Assembly: GCF_018977255.1 (NCBI RefSeq)
Contig: NW_024704742.1
Span: 53,198,001 to 53,262,000, forward strand
DNA from: Callorhinchus milii
Lineage: Eukaryota
DNA length: 64,000 bases
Direction: 5' to 3'
Below the pieces are notes generated by a model. It saw only the letters and a list, made by a program, of their open reading frames with translations, ran no database searches and was not told where the DNA came from. Of the stretch, positions 11,797-23,237 are shown one piece after another (the first letter of the stretch is position 1; each line of letters starts with the position of its first letter). The position numbers were made by a program, and so were the translations under genes.

Positions 11797-12350
11797 GTGT
11801 GAGGATCATGGCTTCTCGCATCGAGATGTCACCTTTTTTTTTGTTGTTTTAAAAAAAAGCAAAATAAAAACACACACACACACACACACGGTGACACGAC
11901 AAAAGTCCTTCAAATCTTGGAAGTAGTCTTTGGTATTTTTTTCCCCCTCCTCCTCCTCCTCCTTCTCCAACTCCCTCTCCAACTCCTTCGCAGTCCCGTT
12001 AAGTTGCAGCTGGAAAATCCAAGTCACCTTAAAGTACTATAGCACCGCATTGTGCGTCCCGGTGTTCACACAGAGGGGATGGGGAGCAATGCACTCGGTG
12101 GATGCCGTGTGCGCTCTCTGCTGTGGTTCAGGCTCTGAGGAAAGCTCTGTCCCTGTGTGTGTTGTGTTGTGTGTGTGTATCGCCTCCGATCCACTCACAT
12201 CGACTCTGATCTCATTTGCTCCAACCCACACACTCAATCTGAGTCCAGGATCCCAGCAGAGAAACCACTCCCTCCCTCCCTCCTCTCCCTCTGCTCTGCA
12301 CCGCCTCACTCACTCACTCTCTCACTCACTCTCACTCACACACACACACA
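11797..12350 (-). other. Probable first exon (5' UTR, possibly with a short coding start M-I-L-T) of an unidentified gene running off the left end
   Basis: Strong donor CAC|GTAAGTG (plus strand CACTTAC 11790-11796); GCCATG at 11809 with an in-frame upstream ATG at 11821; lies in the CpG-enriched region. The 5' boundary is a guess. Confidence 0.5.
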
Positions 12351-12362
12351 CACACACAGGGC

Positions 12363-12563
12363 AATAATCCCTCCAAAACCAAAAGCAATAATAAATTGGT
12401 CATTTTCAATCCACGACCGTTTGTGGGACATTGCTGTGCGCAATTGGCTGCCGCGTTCGCCCACAAATATGCAGTCAATTCACTTTACAGTGTGTTCTGT
12501 GAAGCGCTTTGGGACGTCCTCCCGACGTGAAAAGCGCTATATCAAATGCAAGGATTATTATTA
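12363..12563 (+). mobile_element. Young SINE, 5'-truncated copy
   Basis: AATAATCCCTCCAAAAC...AAATTGGTCATTTTCAATCCACGAC...GTGAAGCGCTTTGGGACGTCCTCCCGACGTGAAAAGCGCTATATCAAATGCAAGGATTATT; CpGs well preserved. Confidence 0.9.
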
Positions 12564-12574
12564 CAGTCACTGAA

Positions 12575-12609
<35 letters not shown>

Positions 12610-13561
12610 CCATTTACTCCTTTTGGCTTTGTTGAACCCATATTCATTTCGGGAAACAAATGCCAAACATCAAAACATCGCTGGATTGAAATTCGCACAT
12701 TCCAACACTCATTTCCACATCGCCAGCTCCGAAAGTATCCTGGAAATTTATGTGTGTACGTGTGTGTGTGTGTGTCTTGTTGGTTTGAAGTCAGTGTATT
12801 AACAATAATAATCCTTGCATTTGATATAACGCCTTATCACATTGTTGAGACGTCTCAAAACGCTGCACAGAATATACTGTAAAATCAATTGACTGTGTAT
12901 TTTGTGGGCAAAACACCACTGCCATACCTTATTAATAAGGTAATGCAGCACATAACAAGGAATCCTTTATTGATGATGCCTGTTTTGGTTATAATCTATG
13001 CTGAGTATTTCTTGTTCAGCACTGCTGCAAATTCACATTTGTGGTGAATTTTGTCTGTCAAGTCTGAAACAGCAAGAAAAGTTGCTTGGTTCATTAAGAA
13101 GCAAAGCGTCAAAGCTCCCACATCTTGACGTGGGAGTTGCCTGGATTTTGGAGTAGGAGATTGGCATCAGTGGGGTATGAGCAGCTGATGGAAACCTCCT
13201 GCCTTGTTCTGTGAAAAATGAAAATACTCTTTGTAAATCCGGCTGGCAATTCCACACTGCACAGCTCATGGAGCCAGTGTGGGCAGCACGAAGAGTAAAC
13301 ATGAGATCACATGAATCCCAAACCAGCACCCAAATTCAGGTGAAATATAATCATTCTCCACAGGGATTCAAAACTAATTTGTGTAAAGTTTAAAACAACT
13401 TGTATTTATATAGCCCCCTGCACGGGCAGAGTCTCGGATTGCTTAACAGTGGCAGAGCCTGATGCCGAGCCGGTTGGAGGGAGGAGATGACCATAAGCCC
13501 GGTCATAACAGATTTCTATTTATCAGATGAAAATATTTGCATCAAGCAGGGATATTTATTT

Positions 13562-13924
13562 TAATAATAATAATCCTTGCAATGTTGCTCTAACGTCTTA
13601 TCACGTCTTTGAGACGTCTCAAAGCACTTCACAGAATGTACTGTAAAGTGAATTGACTATATTTTGTGGGCGAAATGCATCAGCCAATTGCGTAAGCAGT
13701 GTTCCACAAATAGTTGTGGATTGAGTCACCAAATTTTTTAAAAAAGGGTGATTTCACTTGTGAAAGCGATACGCCAATTGACTAACAACAGAATTCCTAT
13801 TTACTGATAGGTAAACAGCGTCTGGAGAAAGAAAACTTATCCAATGTTTTGTCCTGCCCGGGAATCGAACCCAGACCCTCTTGCTTGCAAGGCGAGTGCT
13901 CTAACCAGTACACTACAGGACTCC
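13562..13924 (-). mobile_element. Young tRNA-derived SINE, full length, long form
   Basis: Reverse tail AATAATAATCCTTGC; reverse head GGGAATCGAACCCAG...CTTGCAAGGCGAGTGCTCTAACCAG...CTACAGGACTCC; extra internal segment ~13745-13822. Confidence 0.9.
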
Positions 13925-14459
13925 ACATCCTTTTAATGCCTGCATTTTGCATATAAATTTTGTTGTAAAAAATTAAGATGTACACAATATCCTTTTCAGT
14001 TTTTAAAAGTGTTAATGAAACAGTCAGACTATTCCTATTAATTATTTTTGGACAGCTGGGTGTCTGACACATGTGGAAACCCATCACTTGCTTAAGAGTA
14101 TCCAAATCAGACTGAGAGTTCCACATACGTAAAGGGCTTACACATGGAAATTTCCCATGTCTGGAATGGAATGCACACTGCCTCCCTGGAAGAACGCACC
14201 CTGCTTAAATAATTCCAGAGAATGTTAGTCAAGTTTGGCAAGAGCCAAGGCTTGGGATCCTTCGGTGTGTATTGAGATACTGTTGGAGCTTAACCAACTA
14301 AAAGCACATAGCTTTCCATTGAGAGCACTGACCAGCAAGGTTCTTATTAATTGTAAAGATAGGACCACACTACCCATTAGACCTTTGACTTGCAGGGCTA
14401 ACAGGAGCCGAGTGGGAAGAATCCCCGCTCCCAGTGATTTCTGCTCTAATCATGGGTTA

Positions 14460-14850
14460 ATTTTCTCCTCTCCTCTTTTTGAATGTATCTGACTCCATTT
14501 TCCTTTTATCTGGGGTAAGCTTCTATGGTCACTGATACCCTTTAGTGCCTCACCCAAGAGCTGATTCTTCTTCAAATGTAAGTCCAGACTGTGGGTGTTT
14601 TCAGGTTATTCCACAATGTGGGATATCGCAACCAAGCCTGATGCTGTCCTCACCCAATGGCCACACTTGCAGTTTCCAGTAGGAGCACTAAACAGCTTTC
14701 AGGAGTGGGAACACTAGGTGTTTTTCTCCCTCGGTAACTCATGCAGAGCATAGACCAATTGTTGCACCACTGATACTGCCCCAGCTGAGAACAACAATCA
14801 CAGACCTTGAACTTTCCTGGTCTGTGTGGGTCAGCACCAACTCTTATGCT
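14460..14850 (-). mobile_element. LF-SINE-like element, near full length
   Basis: TTTTCTCCTCTCCTC tail, GCCTCACCCAAG, CCAAGCCTGATGCTGTCCTCACCC, GGGAACACTAGG, GCCCCAGCTGAGA, TTCCTGGTCTGTGTGG. Confidence 0.75.
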
Positions 14851-14879
14851 GCATTAAAATATGAAGCTACTGTACATGC

Positions 14880-15195
14880 ATAGGCAAACATGGCAGACAA
14901 TTCACACAACAATGTCTCACAAACAACCATGAAGTGAATTACCAATTAACTAGAGGATTATTGGCTATGGCACTGGGAGAAACTCACTTTTGAAAATGTC
15001 ATGAGTTTTGTACAGTGACATCCCTCTGAACAAGCAGACAGAATGTGGTTCAATGTCTTATCGAACAATGCAGCTCTCTCCCAACATCGCACTGCAGTCT
15101 CAGCCTAGACCGTGAGCTCAAAGTCCCCAAGACAGGACAGAAACCCAGCACCTTCTGATCCAATGGTGAGAGTGCTATCAGCTGACTGCTACCAA
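14880..15195 (-). mobile_element. Deu-domain SINE
   Basis: Collinear reverse blocks CATGAAGTGAAT, CTGGGAGAAACTC, TCAGCCTAGAC..TGAGCTCAAAGTCCC, GAGAGTGCTA. Confidence 0.7.
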
Positions 15196-16324
15196 CCACA
15201 GCTAAGCCTATTTCTATCTTTGCCCAATGCCCAATTTGGCTGATGTTCCACCTCCCTGACCCAGGGGCACTGTGAGCAATTGAAGTGCCCAGTAATGCTC
15301 TGGTTGAACTTAACTAACTCAGCAAAGACCAGGATTCAAAATGATAATTTTTGGTCGATGTGACATAGTACAGTATTGGGTAGAGATATTTTCCTGTTAC
15401 ATAAGCAAACCTTTGATGATCTATTTATTCTATAATAGTACTGTACTAGGAAGTGTAGACATAATAATAACCCTTGCATTTGATATAATGCCTTAACACA
15501 TCTCCGAGATGTCTCAAAGCACTTCACAGAATATACTGTAAAGTAAATTGACTTTATATTTTGTGGGCGAAAGATGTATCATCTTTAACTGAATATGTGT
15601 TCTCTCACTAGCCGTTCAATGGTCTCCAGGACCACCATCATAGCATTAATATCATGTAAGTTACAAAAATAACATTCCCAAGATGTAAGGACCGAAGTGG
15701 TTGACTGATTATTTTGACTGACGATGTATACCATTATTTGCTCATTGTTTGGAACTCAATCGCCACCTTTTCACTGAGACCGGATTTGAAACCTCTGCTT
15801 CCTCGGTGGCATCGTTACTACCTCATATTCTGCAACTATCTCGCGCTGCACACTGCGTGTTGCAAGGACAAAATACGAATTATGCAATTGGGAAACCATG
15901 CAGAGCATGTAAAAGCAAAACAATTCTTTTGCAGGTATTTGGCATTAATCAGAGCATTTAGTGGACCCACCAAGCACGCTCACTGGAATGAAACACAACA
16001 TCTTCAAGTTGTTGAAGAATAGAATTCCAGAATTGTAATCTGGAATTCAAGCATAGATACTACAACTGGTAAAAACGTCTGTTTGTGTTACTGGCTGCTG
16101 AAGCTCACTTCAGATGTTACAGCTTTTAACAGGCTACTCAGGCAGTAAAGTTGGAGAGTTTCTGAATGGATTGACGTCTAGTAGTTTGGTGTATATGTTT
16201 AAACGTTCAGTGAGGAATATTAATCTGTAAACCACTGAAGAATATATTGTATATCCATCCATAAAAAAATGAGGAATCAGGTATACTTTATGTCGACTTA
16301 TAAAGCGATAGGAATCATATTTTG

Positions 16325-16675
16325 TGCCCGCCTGGCTCATTTGTCACCATTTGGTTTTGCCTTTGAGTCAGAAGGTTGTAACTTCAAATCTCAGATCGGA
16401 ACTTTGAGCTCATAGTCCAGGCTGACACTAACACAGTGCTGGGGGTTGCTGCACTGTTGCACTTGTCATTCTGCAGATGAAATGTTAAACCGAGGTCCTA
16501 TCTGGCTGTTCAGGGGAACATTCAACATCCTATGGCACTATTTGAAAAGAAAAGGGACACTACTGTAGCCGAATCACGTGCCATATTCACGTATAAATGT
16601 ACAATCATTACAAAATAATGGGAAACGTTTTGAGACATTTATATGTGATGAGATATCAAATGTAAGGATTATTAT
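16325..16675 (+). mobile_element. Deu-domain SINE with internal deletion
   Basis: TGAGTCAGAAGGTTGTA...CCAGGCTGACAC...GATGAAATGTTAAACCGAGGTCCTATCTGGCTGTTCAGG...ATCCTATGGCACTATTTGAAAAG, the Deu-domain block I recall from AmnSINE1/SacSINE1. Confidence 0.75.
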
Positions 16676-17159
16676 GTTAATCTGTTGGAAATATTTTCAT
16701 TTTCAAACTACTGAGAGATCAGATGTACATCCATTCCTAAAAGTCAGAGGGATCAGTGATTATCACTGGTGATAATTATCCCAGCACATCACTTGCAGTT
16801 TTCCCACCAGTTGTAGCCAATAAAGCTTTGATTCACAGCAGTGTTTCCTGCTTTTACAGTACATCTTCACAGTGGGGTAGCTCTGATTGGAAGCAACAAG
16901 CTCCATGTGGCTTTTTCTCCTCTTGTTATGGCAGACAGCAATAAGATGACATTTTGTACATTCATGTTTCCAAAACACAGCACCAGGCACATTGCTGTAC
17001 TTTCAGTCAGCAACGCCATACACAAACTCCATTGAACGCTGTTCCATTTGAGATTTGTGTTTCTCCACCAATTCTATTCCCTCCTTTCGCAAAGGCTGAT
17101 GCTCTTGTGTGGTTCTACACAGTGTTGGCTATCCTCCAATACCTTGTCCAAGCAGCTAT

Positions 17160-17375
17160 TATTCATGCATAAGCCCAGTAAGTGTCAGCAGGCTATTTGT
17201 TCATGGGCGGGCATCACAATTGAGCCTGATCCTGTCCTCTTTCGACTTCCATATAGACACAGGGGATACTGTAGGACAATCAGGACTGACTGGGAACCCT
17301 GCCTGATTCTTCCCTTTCCAGGCCCTGGGGAACTGAAATCAATTGTAGTGCCACTCTAGCTGTGACCAGCTAACT
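17160..17375 (-). mobile_element. LF-SINE-like fragment
   Basis: GTGTCAGCAGGCTATTTG...GGCATCACA..TGAGCCTGATCCTGTCCTC...GGGAACCCTGCCTGATT. Confidence 0.75.
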
Positions 17376-17945
17376 CAACAACAACAATTTACATTTCTAT
17401 AGTGTTTTTCACAACAGAAGGATGTCTCAAAGCATTTTACACAGATGACTGGACACCAGAGCTGGTGGGGGAGGGGGAGAGAAAGGTAACCAAAAAGCAT
17501 TGTCAAAAAGATAAGTCTTAAGGCAGGCTTTAAACGTTGGTTTGGAGGGGCGAGATGGAGGGATTCTGGAATGGAGTTCCGGAGATGGCATGGTGTATTG
17601 GGCATGAGACATAATGCAGGCCAATGTTTGCTGAGTGGAGGGAGGATTGCAGGAGGTCATGGTAGTAGGGCGGAAAGAGGCAATGGAGGGAATTAAATGT
17701 GAGAAGAAGGATCTTGAATTTCATCTGCTGAAGGATGGGCAATGGTAGAGCTGAAGATGGAGGTCAAAGAGCCTGGTTGGGAGAAGACACCGATACAGAG
17801 TTCTGGATGGACTGAAGCTTATGTATGGAGAAGTAGAGCATTGGAATAATCAAACTTGGAGGTGATGAAGGTTTGAATGATAGTCTCAGTTGTCTGGAGG
17901 GAGAGATAGAGGTGGATGTGAGAATGTGGTGAGGTCTTGTTGACA
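17376..17945 (-). mobile_element. L2 LINE 3' fragment (degenerate RT C-terminus plus tail)
   Basis: (CAA)n tail; minus-strand peptides KLQSIQNS, FKILLLTFNSLH and FKACLKTYLFDNAF are typical L2 ORF2 C-terminal motifs. Confidence 0.85.
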
Positions 17946-18334
17946 TTCAACTGAAAATAATGAGAGGTCCTCCAGGGCAATCGGTCAGAACAATATAAGT
18001 CCTCGAATCAAGGCTCCGAAACACAGAGCCGTGATTAAACCAAGAGCCTTCCAGGTCCATATGACATAGATTAACACTGGGCAATAGCTTTTCAAAACTA
18101 TTTCTGCTTTCTATAATTATTTGCAATGCCTACACACAATGTATTAAGAGCATGGAGTAAGTGGTGTTGACCAGTCATCTTTTGAGTACTGTAAAGGATT
18201 CTCATTTCACTAGAAGAACCATTTGGTGTAGACTGGCAAGAGACAAAATAGCTATATTCAACCAGTGCTGTCTTCCAATGACTGAATTCCACCAAAGTAA
18301 ATATGGTTTTATGGCCTTCTTTCTCCAAGTTCTA

Positions 18335-18650
18335 TCCAGTTTTCTTCACTTCTTCCATGTCCAGACAGTAAATGTTGCCAGGATAGACAATGATGGAGGT
18401 CATCATGCTCAGCCAGATCCTGCTCTCATCCTATGTCCACTTACTGTGCACTTGCAGCAGGTTTGGTTGAATAGCAGTCAGCAACCAGAACCTTGGCCTA
18501 GTCCCAGCATATCGAGGCCAATTGAAACATTTCATCATTGATCCCTCAACTGAGATTATAAAACCCAGGCAGACCAAGGGTTGAACTTGGGACCTTTCTC
18601 ATTTGCATAGATCAGTGCTACACCATGAGGTGCATTTACCTACTGAGGCA
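18335..18650 (-). mobile_element. LF-SINE-like fragment
   Basis: CCAGACAGTAAATGTTGCCAGG...AGCCAGATCCTGCTCTCATCC...GAGGCCAATTG...CAGACCAAGGGTTGAACTTGGGACCTT. Confidence 0.65.
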
Positions 18651-20537
18651 GTAGTATTCCTTTTTTTTCAGATGCCATATTATAAGATGAATTGTTCATG
18701 GCATCAATGTTGATCTGTGGCATAGTATAACTGAGTGGCAAATCATATTGTCAAATACCAGCATACACTGGGCAGATGTACTTGTCTGGCAATGCAGGAA
18801 CATGACAAGTGGAATGGAATACATTACAGCTAAAGAGATTTGGTATTTATCCAGCTACTCACTGCTGTTGGAGGTTTTACACAGAAATATAACACGGGGG
18901 CCCTTTATAGAAGCTTGAGATGAGCTGTGAGGTGTCACTTGGCAGAAATGGGTGTGCTGCTCAATTTTGCAAAGCACTTGTGTGGAATAAACAGAAATGT
19001 AACTGGCTCAAAAAACCCTTTTCAATAGGATTAGTACAAATATGACAATTATATAAAGCCTTTAAAATTGTGCTGTTGGAAAAATAAACCAGCGGGGGAT
19101 AAATCACTGATGATACAATTAGATAGAATGTTTCAATGCTGAAACTGGTCATTCGCCCATCAAATTTGCACTGTGGTTTTTCTCTATGTGATCCAGCTAA
19201 TCTAATCCCTCTCTCTGCCTGCTCTCCACACTCTTTAATATCTCTCCTCTTCAAGCAACTGTCTCATTCTCTGTCAAAGGAACAAATGGATTCTGCTTCA
19301 ACAACAACTTGGAATTGAACCATACAAACAAGGAGGAGCCTAGGTTTGATCTGAGGCCTGTGTTGAAATAGCTGATGTCAGCACGGTGATGATTTGGGGC
19401 TACTGTTGTAATAGAGTCAACCAGAAAATCAACCAGGTTCCTGCTCCTGAAAGTGTAGATATCAGATAAGGTTTGGATTAGTCACAACTGAAATGCCACC
19501 AATTAAATAAATGACCCTCTCTGGGTCTAAATTCTAGAGATCCTTGTGTGATATGTTTATGATAGGAATAAAACATTCTAAACATGCAATGAAAATATCA
19601 CTCATTTTAGCAGTTGGTGTGTGATAAATCTAACACACAGGAAGAATGAATAGTCACTTGGATAAGGCATCATTAGTCATCTGAAGCTCTTTGAGACTTT
19701 TCAACGATGTGAAAAGGCACTATTTCAAATGCAAGATTTGATTTTCTGTTGATTTTCTCGTTTGAAACACTGGAAGACTTTACTTAGAAGTAAAACAAGG
19801 ATCACATAATAATCCTTGCATCCTTGCATTTGATATAAATGCTTCCAAACCCGCAGTAGCGTGTCATGGAGCTTTTAATGGCCTCTGGTTAAAAGAGACT
19901 GTTACAGGACTCATTCCTTCAGCAACCATGTGTTGGGGGGATCTGTCTAATGACTGATCAAGAGAGAGACTAACTTGTCAGCTACACATCGTGGTGGTCA
20001 CAGCTGGTTTGGGGCTGCTCTCGCCTGCAGGGGTCACAGCAAGGGCCTGCTTTCATCAGGCATTCAAATCTGAGGCTTGCAACTTTGTTCCATTAAACAC
20101 AAACAACTGCTGTCTCAATCCACCATCAGGACGTTGCTACATTTTAATTAACAGCTATAATGTATTTTCACAGACAAAAGCAGGGTCAAAACATCTGGCC
20201 GGATAAAAGGACCCCAATCCCAGCACAACGTTGCATTATCACTTCCTTTTTAATTCCCTCGCTTGCAAAAACAGAAAACATTTATTGGTAATATAAAGTT
20301 CCAATAGCTGTATATGGTATAGGTAGAGTTTTTATGGAAGTTCCCATTTGCTATAGCTTTTGAGGAGCTGTAAGATTTAAACAGAACTTGTGGATTCCTT
20401 TTAAGGTTAATACCAATAGATCCGTGGAGAAAACGTAAACACATCCACAGGCAGCTAACTAAATGCTGTCGTCTTGATCACAGAATTGGCATAGTTTAGT
20501 TGTATTGAAATAAATATTAAAATTATTAATTAAATAA

Positions 20538-20720
20538 TCCCTCCCTTGCCTCCTTCAAGTCACATCTCAAGCCCCTCCTCTTTGAACGCACTTTCGGTCA
20601 TTCTCCTAAATCTACCCTCTCTGCCCTCCACCCCTCCTGATCCCAATCCCCTGCTCGGGTCCAAATCCCTGATGTCTTGGGACATCCTTCCAAAGTGAAA
20701 ATCACTATAGAAATGTAATT
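20538..20720 (+). mobile_element. L2 LINE 3' tail
   Basis: CCTTGCCTCCTTCAAGTCACATCTCAAGCCCCTCCTCTTTGA...TTGGGACATCCTTCC..GTGAAAATCACTATAGAAATGTAA. Confidence 0.8.
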
Positions 20721-22769
20721 CCATTGAATTATAGGCACTCCAGTGTCCAGATGGTCATTTTGGAGCTGCTAACACAACCAGCATCTTTCAAAGAGCTTCT
20801 CCGTTCAAATATGAAGTAAAGTTTGTGCAAATTTTAAAGTTTTTATTTGCTGCCCTTTTCTAACACAAGCACGTGTGAAATCATTGCTAAAAGGAAAAGG
20901 TCAAACACTCTCGGCTGTTGACTGATGAACATTTGGAAAGATTTATCTTTAAAAACAGATCCAGAGTGTCTGAAGGATAGGTTGAACAATGTCTTGGGAG
21001 TAGCCCTGCACCTAATCTCTGTAGATGAAAAGCTAATGAAAGACCATAAGGGACTGTGTGTCTCTCTGGGCTGGCTCTATCACTGTGAAAAATCAGATAA
21101 CAGGCATGCAGAATCTGCCTGCCTTCTAAACGAACAAGGAGCCATAGCCTAAGGGTGAGGCATTCACTATAATAAACATGTGCATTATTGCAACCGTACC
21201 ATTCGAGAAAGTATTTTGCAATGAAGAATGTTCTTTAACTGAGAACGATTCGCTGACTTGGACCCCTCCTCCCCACTAAACAATTGTTTTTAATTACAGC
21301 AGACGAAGCAAAGCTTCAATTATTTCCTCTTCTTCCAGGCCACCCCCTGTGCGAAGAAATTAAACCCAACCTTCAATTTAGCTCCAGAATAACTTTTTTT
21401 TTAAAAATGGTTCCATGAGGGGTCACTTTCCGCATCCAAAAGCTCTGTGTTCATTAAGAGCTGCTTCCTGTAGCTGAGCTGAACAATTTCTGCCACCTGA
21501 GCTAACTGAGCAAAAGTCACCGGCCACTGTTATTATACCCCAGGGGTTCCCAGTGATGACAGGAAGTCATTTTGCCCCAGTGAATTGAGAAAGCATGACA
21601 ATAATACTACCTAGAGCATGTTGGTTTGTTATATGCTCACATTGATGCAACAAAATTTGTGATTTAGTGAGAATTTGTGTAGTTGACAATTTTGTAAGTA
21701 GGACGAGAGACTGGGAAGGGGGGATTCGTTGAAAGTCAGGATTTTTTTGCCAATAAACAAACCAACGTTTGTTTTCGATAAAACAGGGCAAGTATTCATT
21801 TCAGCTTACACTGGAACGCAAGATTTAAAGGGGCCACCTCACTGGCTTCGTGAAGATAGGATTTAGGAAACAGTTTCAAGCTGTTGGGAATGCGCAGAGT
21901 GATGAGATAAATTGTGTGAAGCACATCATTGAGTGACCTGTAAGTGATTTTGGAATTCAATATGTGAGAATTTGTAAAATGATTTCTATACTAGATATAG
22001 AATCCTGTATGTATCTGGACGTTTCTCTGTAACTGTGCTTGGAAGTCAATCTCTTTCCCAACTGCGTCAACTCAGGTATGACTAAAGGAAACTTCCAGTG
22101 CACTGGAGGAGATTGCGGTTTGATTCCTTTTCCAACCTATTAGATAAGTCACATCCGTTTATCTGCAGCATTTTAATATGTACATGCTGGCTTAGACCAG
22201 CAAACTCACCACAGAGCAGGGAATGACTGCAGTGTTCTGGAATGGCTCAGTACAATACTACATTGAACAGTAGAGTGGAGTATATATATGCACTTATATA
22301 GGTATACAACCCCTACATATATGGTAGCACTCTCGCCTATGAGTCAAAGGCTATGGATTCAAGCACCATTTCAAAACTTTGAGTTCATAGTCTAGGCTGA
22401 CACTTCAGTACAATGCTGGGGGAACACTGCATTGCAAGAGGTGCTGTCCAAGGATGAGATGTTAAACCAACATCCCGTCGGCCTGTTCAGATGGCTAGAG
22501 ATCGGGGAGTGGTGACTGAAAGCACAGTCGCTGATGGTGGACTGGAGGGGATGAGGCATGTGTAAAAGTTGAGCAAAGGGAAGCAGTTAGTGGAATGATA
22601 TGTAAGCAGGTTGGAGAGATAGGAGGCTGCTATAGTAAGTGAATTGATTGGTAAGTGTGAGGATCTTGAAATTGATCTGTTCTGCAACAGGAAGACAGTG
22701 AGAGTTAGAATCATTTTTATAAGCAAACGCATCAGCCATTTCTGAGCAAAATGCATAATTATTACTGGG

Positions 22770-23050
22770 TATAAGATACCTCCACTGTTTATTGTAGCTT
22801 AAGCCACACCAGAACATTGCAGATTCATTCCCTGCTCTGTGGTGAGTTTGTTGGTCCCATTTGGGATACCACAAGATAGGATTGGGCTTGGTGATGACAT
22901 CCTCCACAGTGAATAGTTTGCTGACACCCTCATTTTAATCAGGCTCATGCATGAAGAGTGGGCCATGGCCAATGGGTGAGGTACCAGAGATTTGCCAAAA
23001 GCTCTGGATTCTTACTCTTGCTTTCAGAAGAGGAGGGGAGAAAATGAGCA
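22770..23050 (+). mobile_element. LF-SINE-like element with internal deletion
   Basis: GATAGGATTGGGCTTGG...GAATAGTTTGCTGACAC...AGGCTCATGCATGAAGAGTGGGCCA...GGGTGAGGTACCAGAG...TTCAGAAGAGGAGGGGAGAAAA. Confidence 0.7.
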
Positions 23051-23237
23051 AAATATAAAAGGACATTTTGTAGTTATTAGCATATAACCATGTGCAATTT
23101 GGTTAATACAGCAAAGTTAAACGTGATTTGGGAGTGAAATTTTCAGCATTTCATAATACAGGGTACCTACCAATTGGGATGTTACAATTGCAGCACTTCA
23201 TAATGCATTTGACATGAAGAATTATCATATCGAGTAG

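Larger units (their letters stand above)
9780..12350. promoter_or_regulatory. CpG-enriched promoter/first-exon region
   Basis: CG dinucleotides are visibly denser than in the rest of the window (e.g. 9900-9965, 10420-10640, 11770-11825, 12040-12200); few interspersed repeats; CA/CT/CCT microsatellites typical of vertebrate 5' ends. Confidence 0.55.

Noticed and set aside
10570..11926. Three overlapping 394-433 aa proline-rich ORFs (extensin-like)
   Set aside because: All three plus frames are open only because the C/A-rich minisatellite lacks stop codons; there is no frame preference or domain signature.
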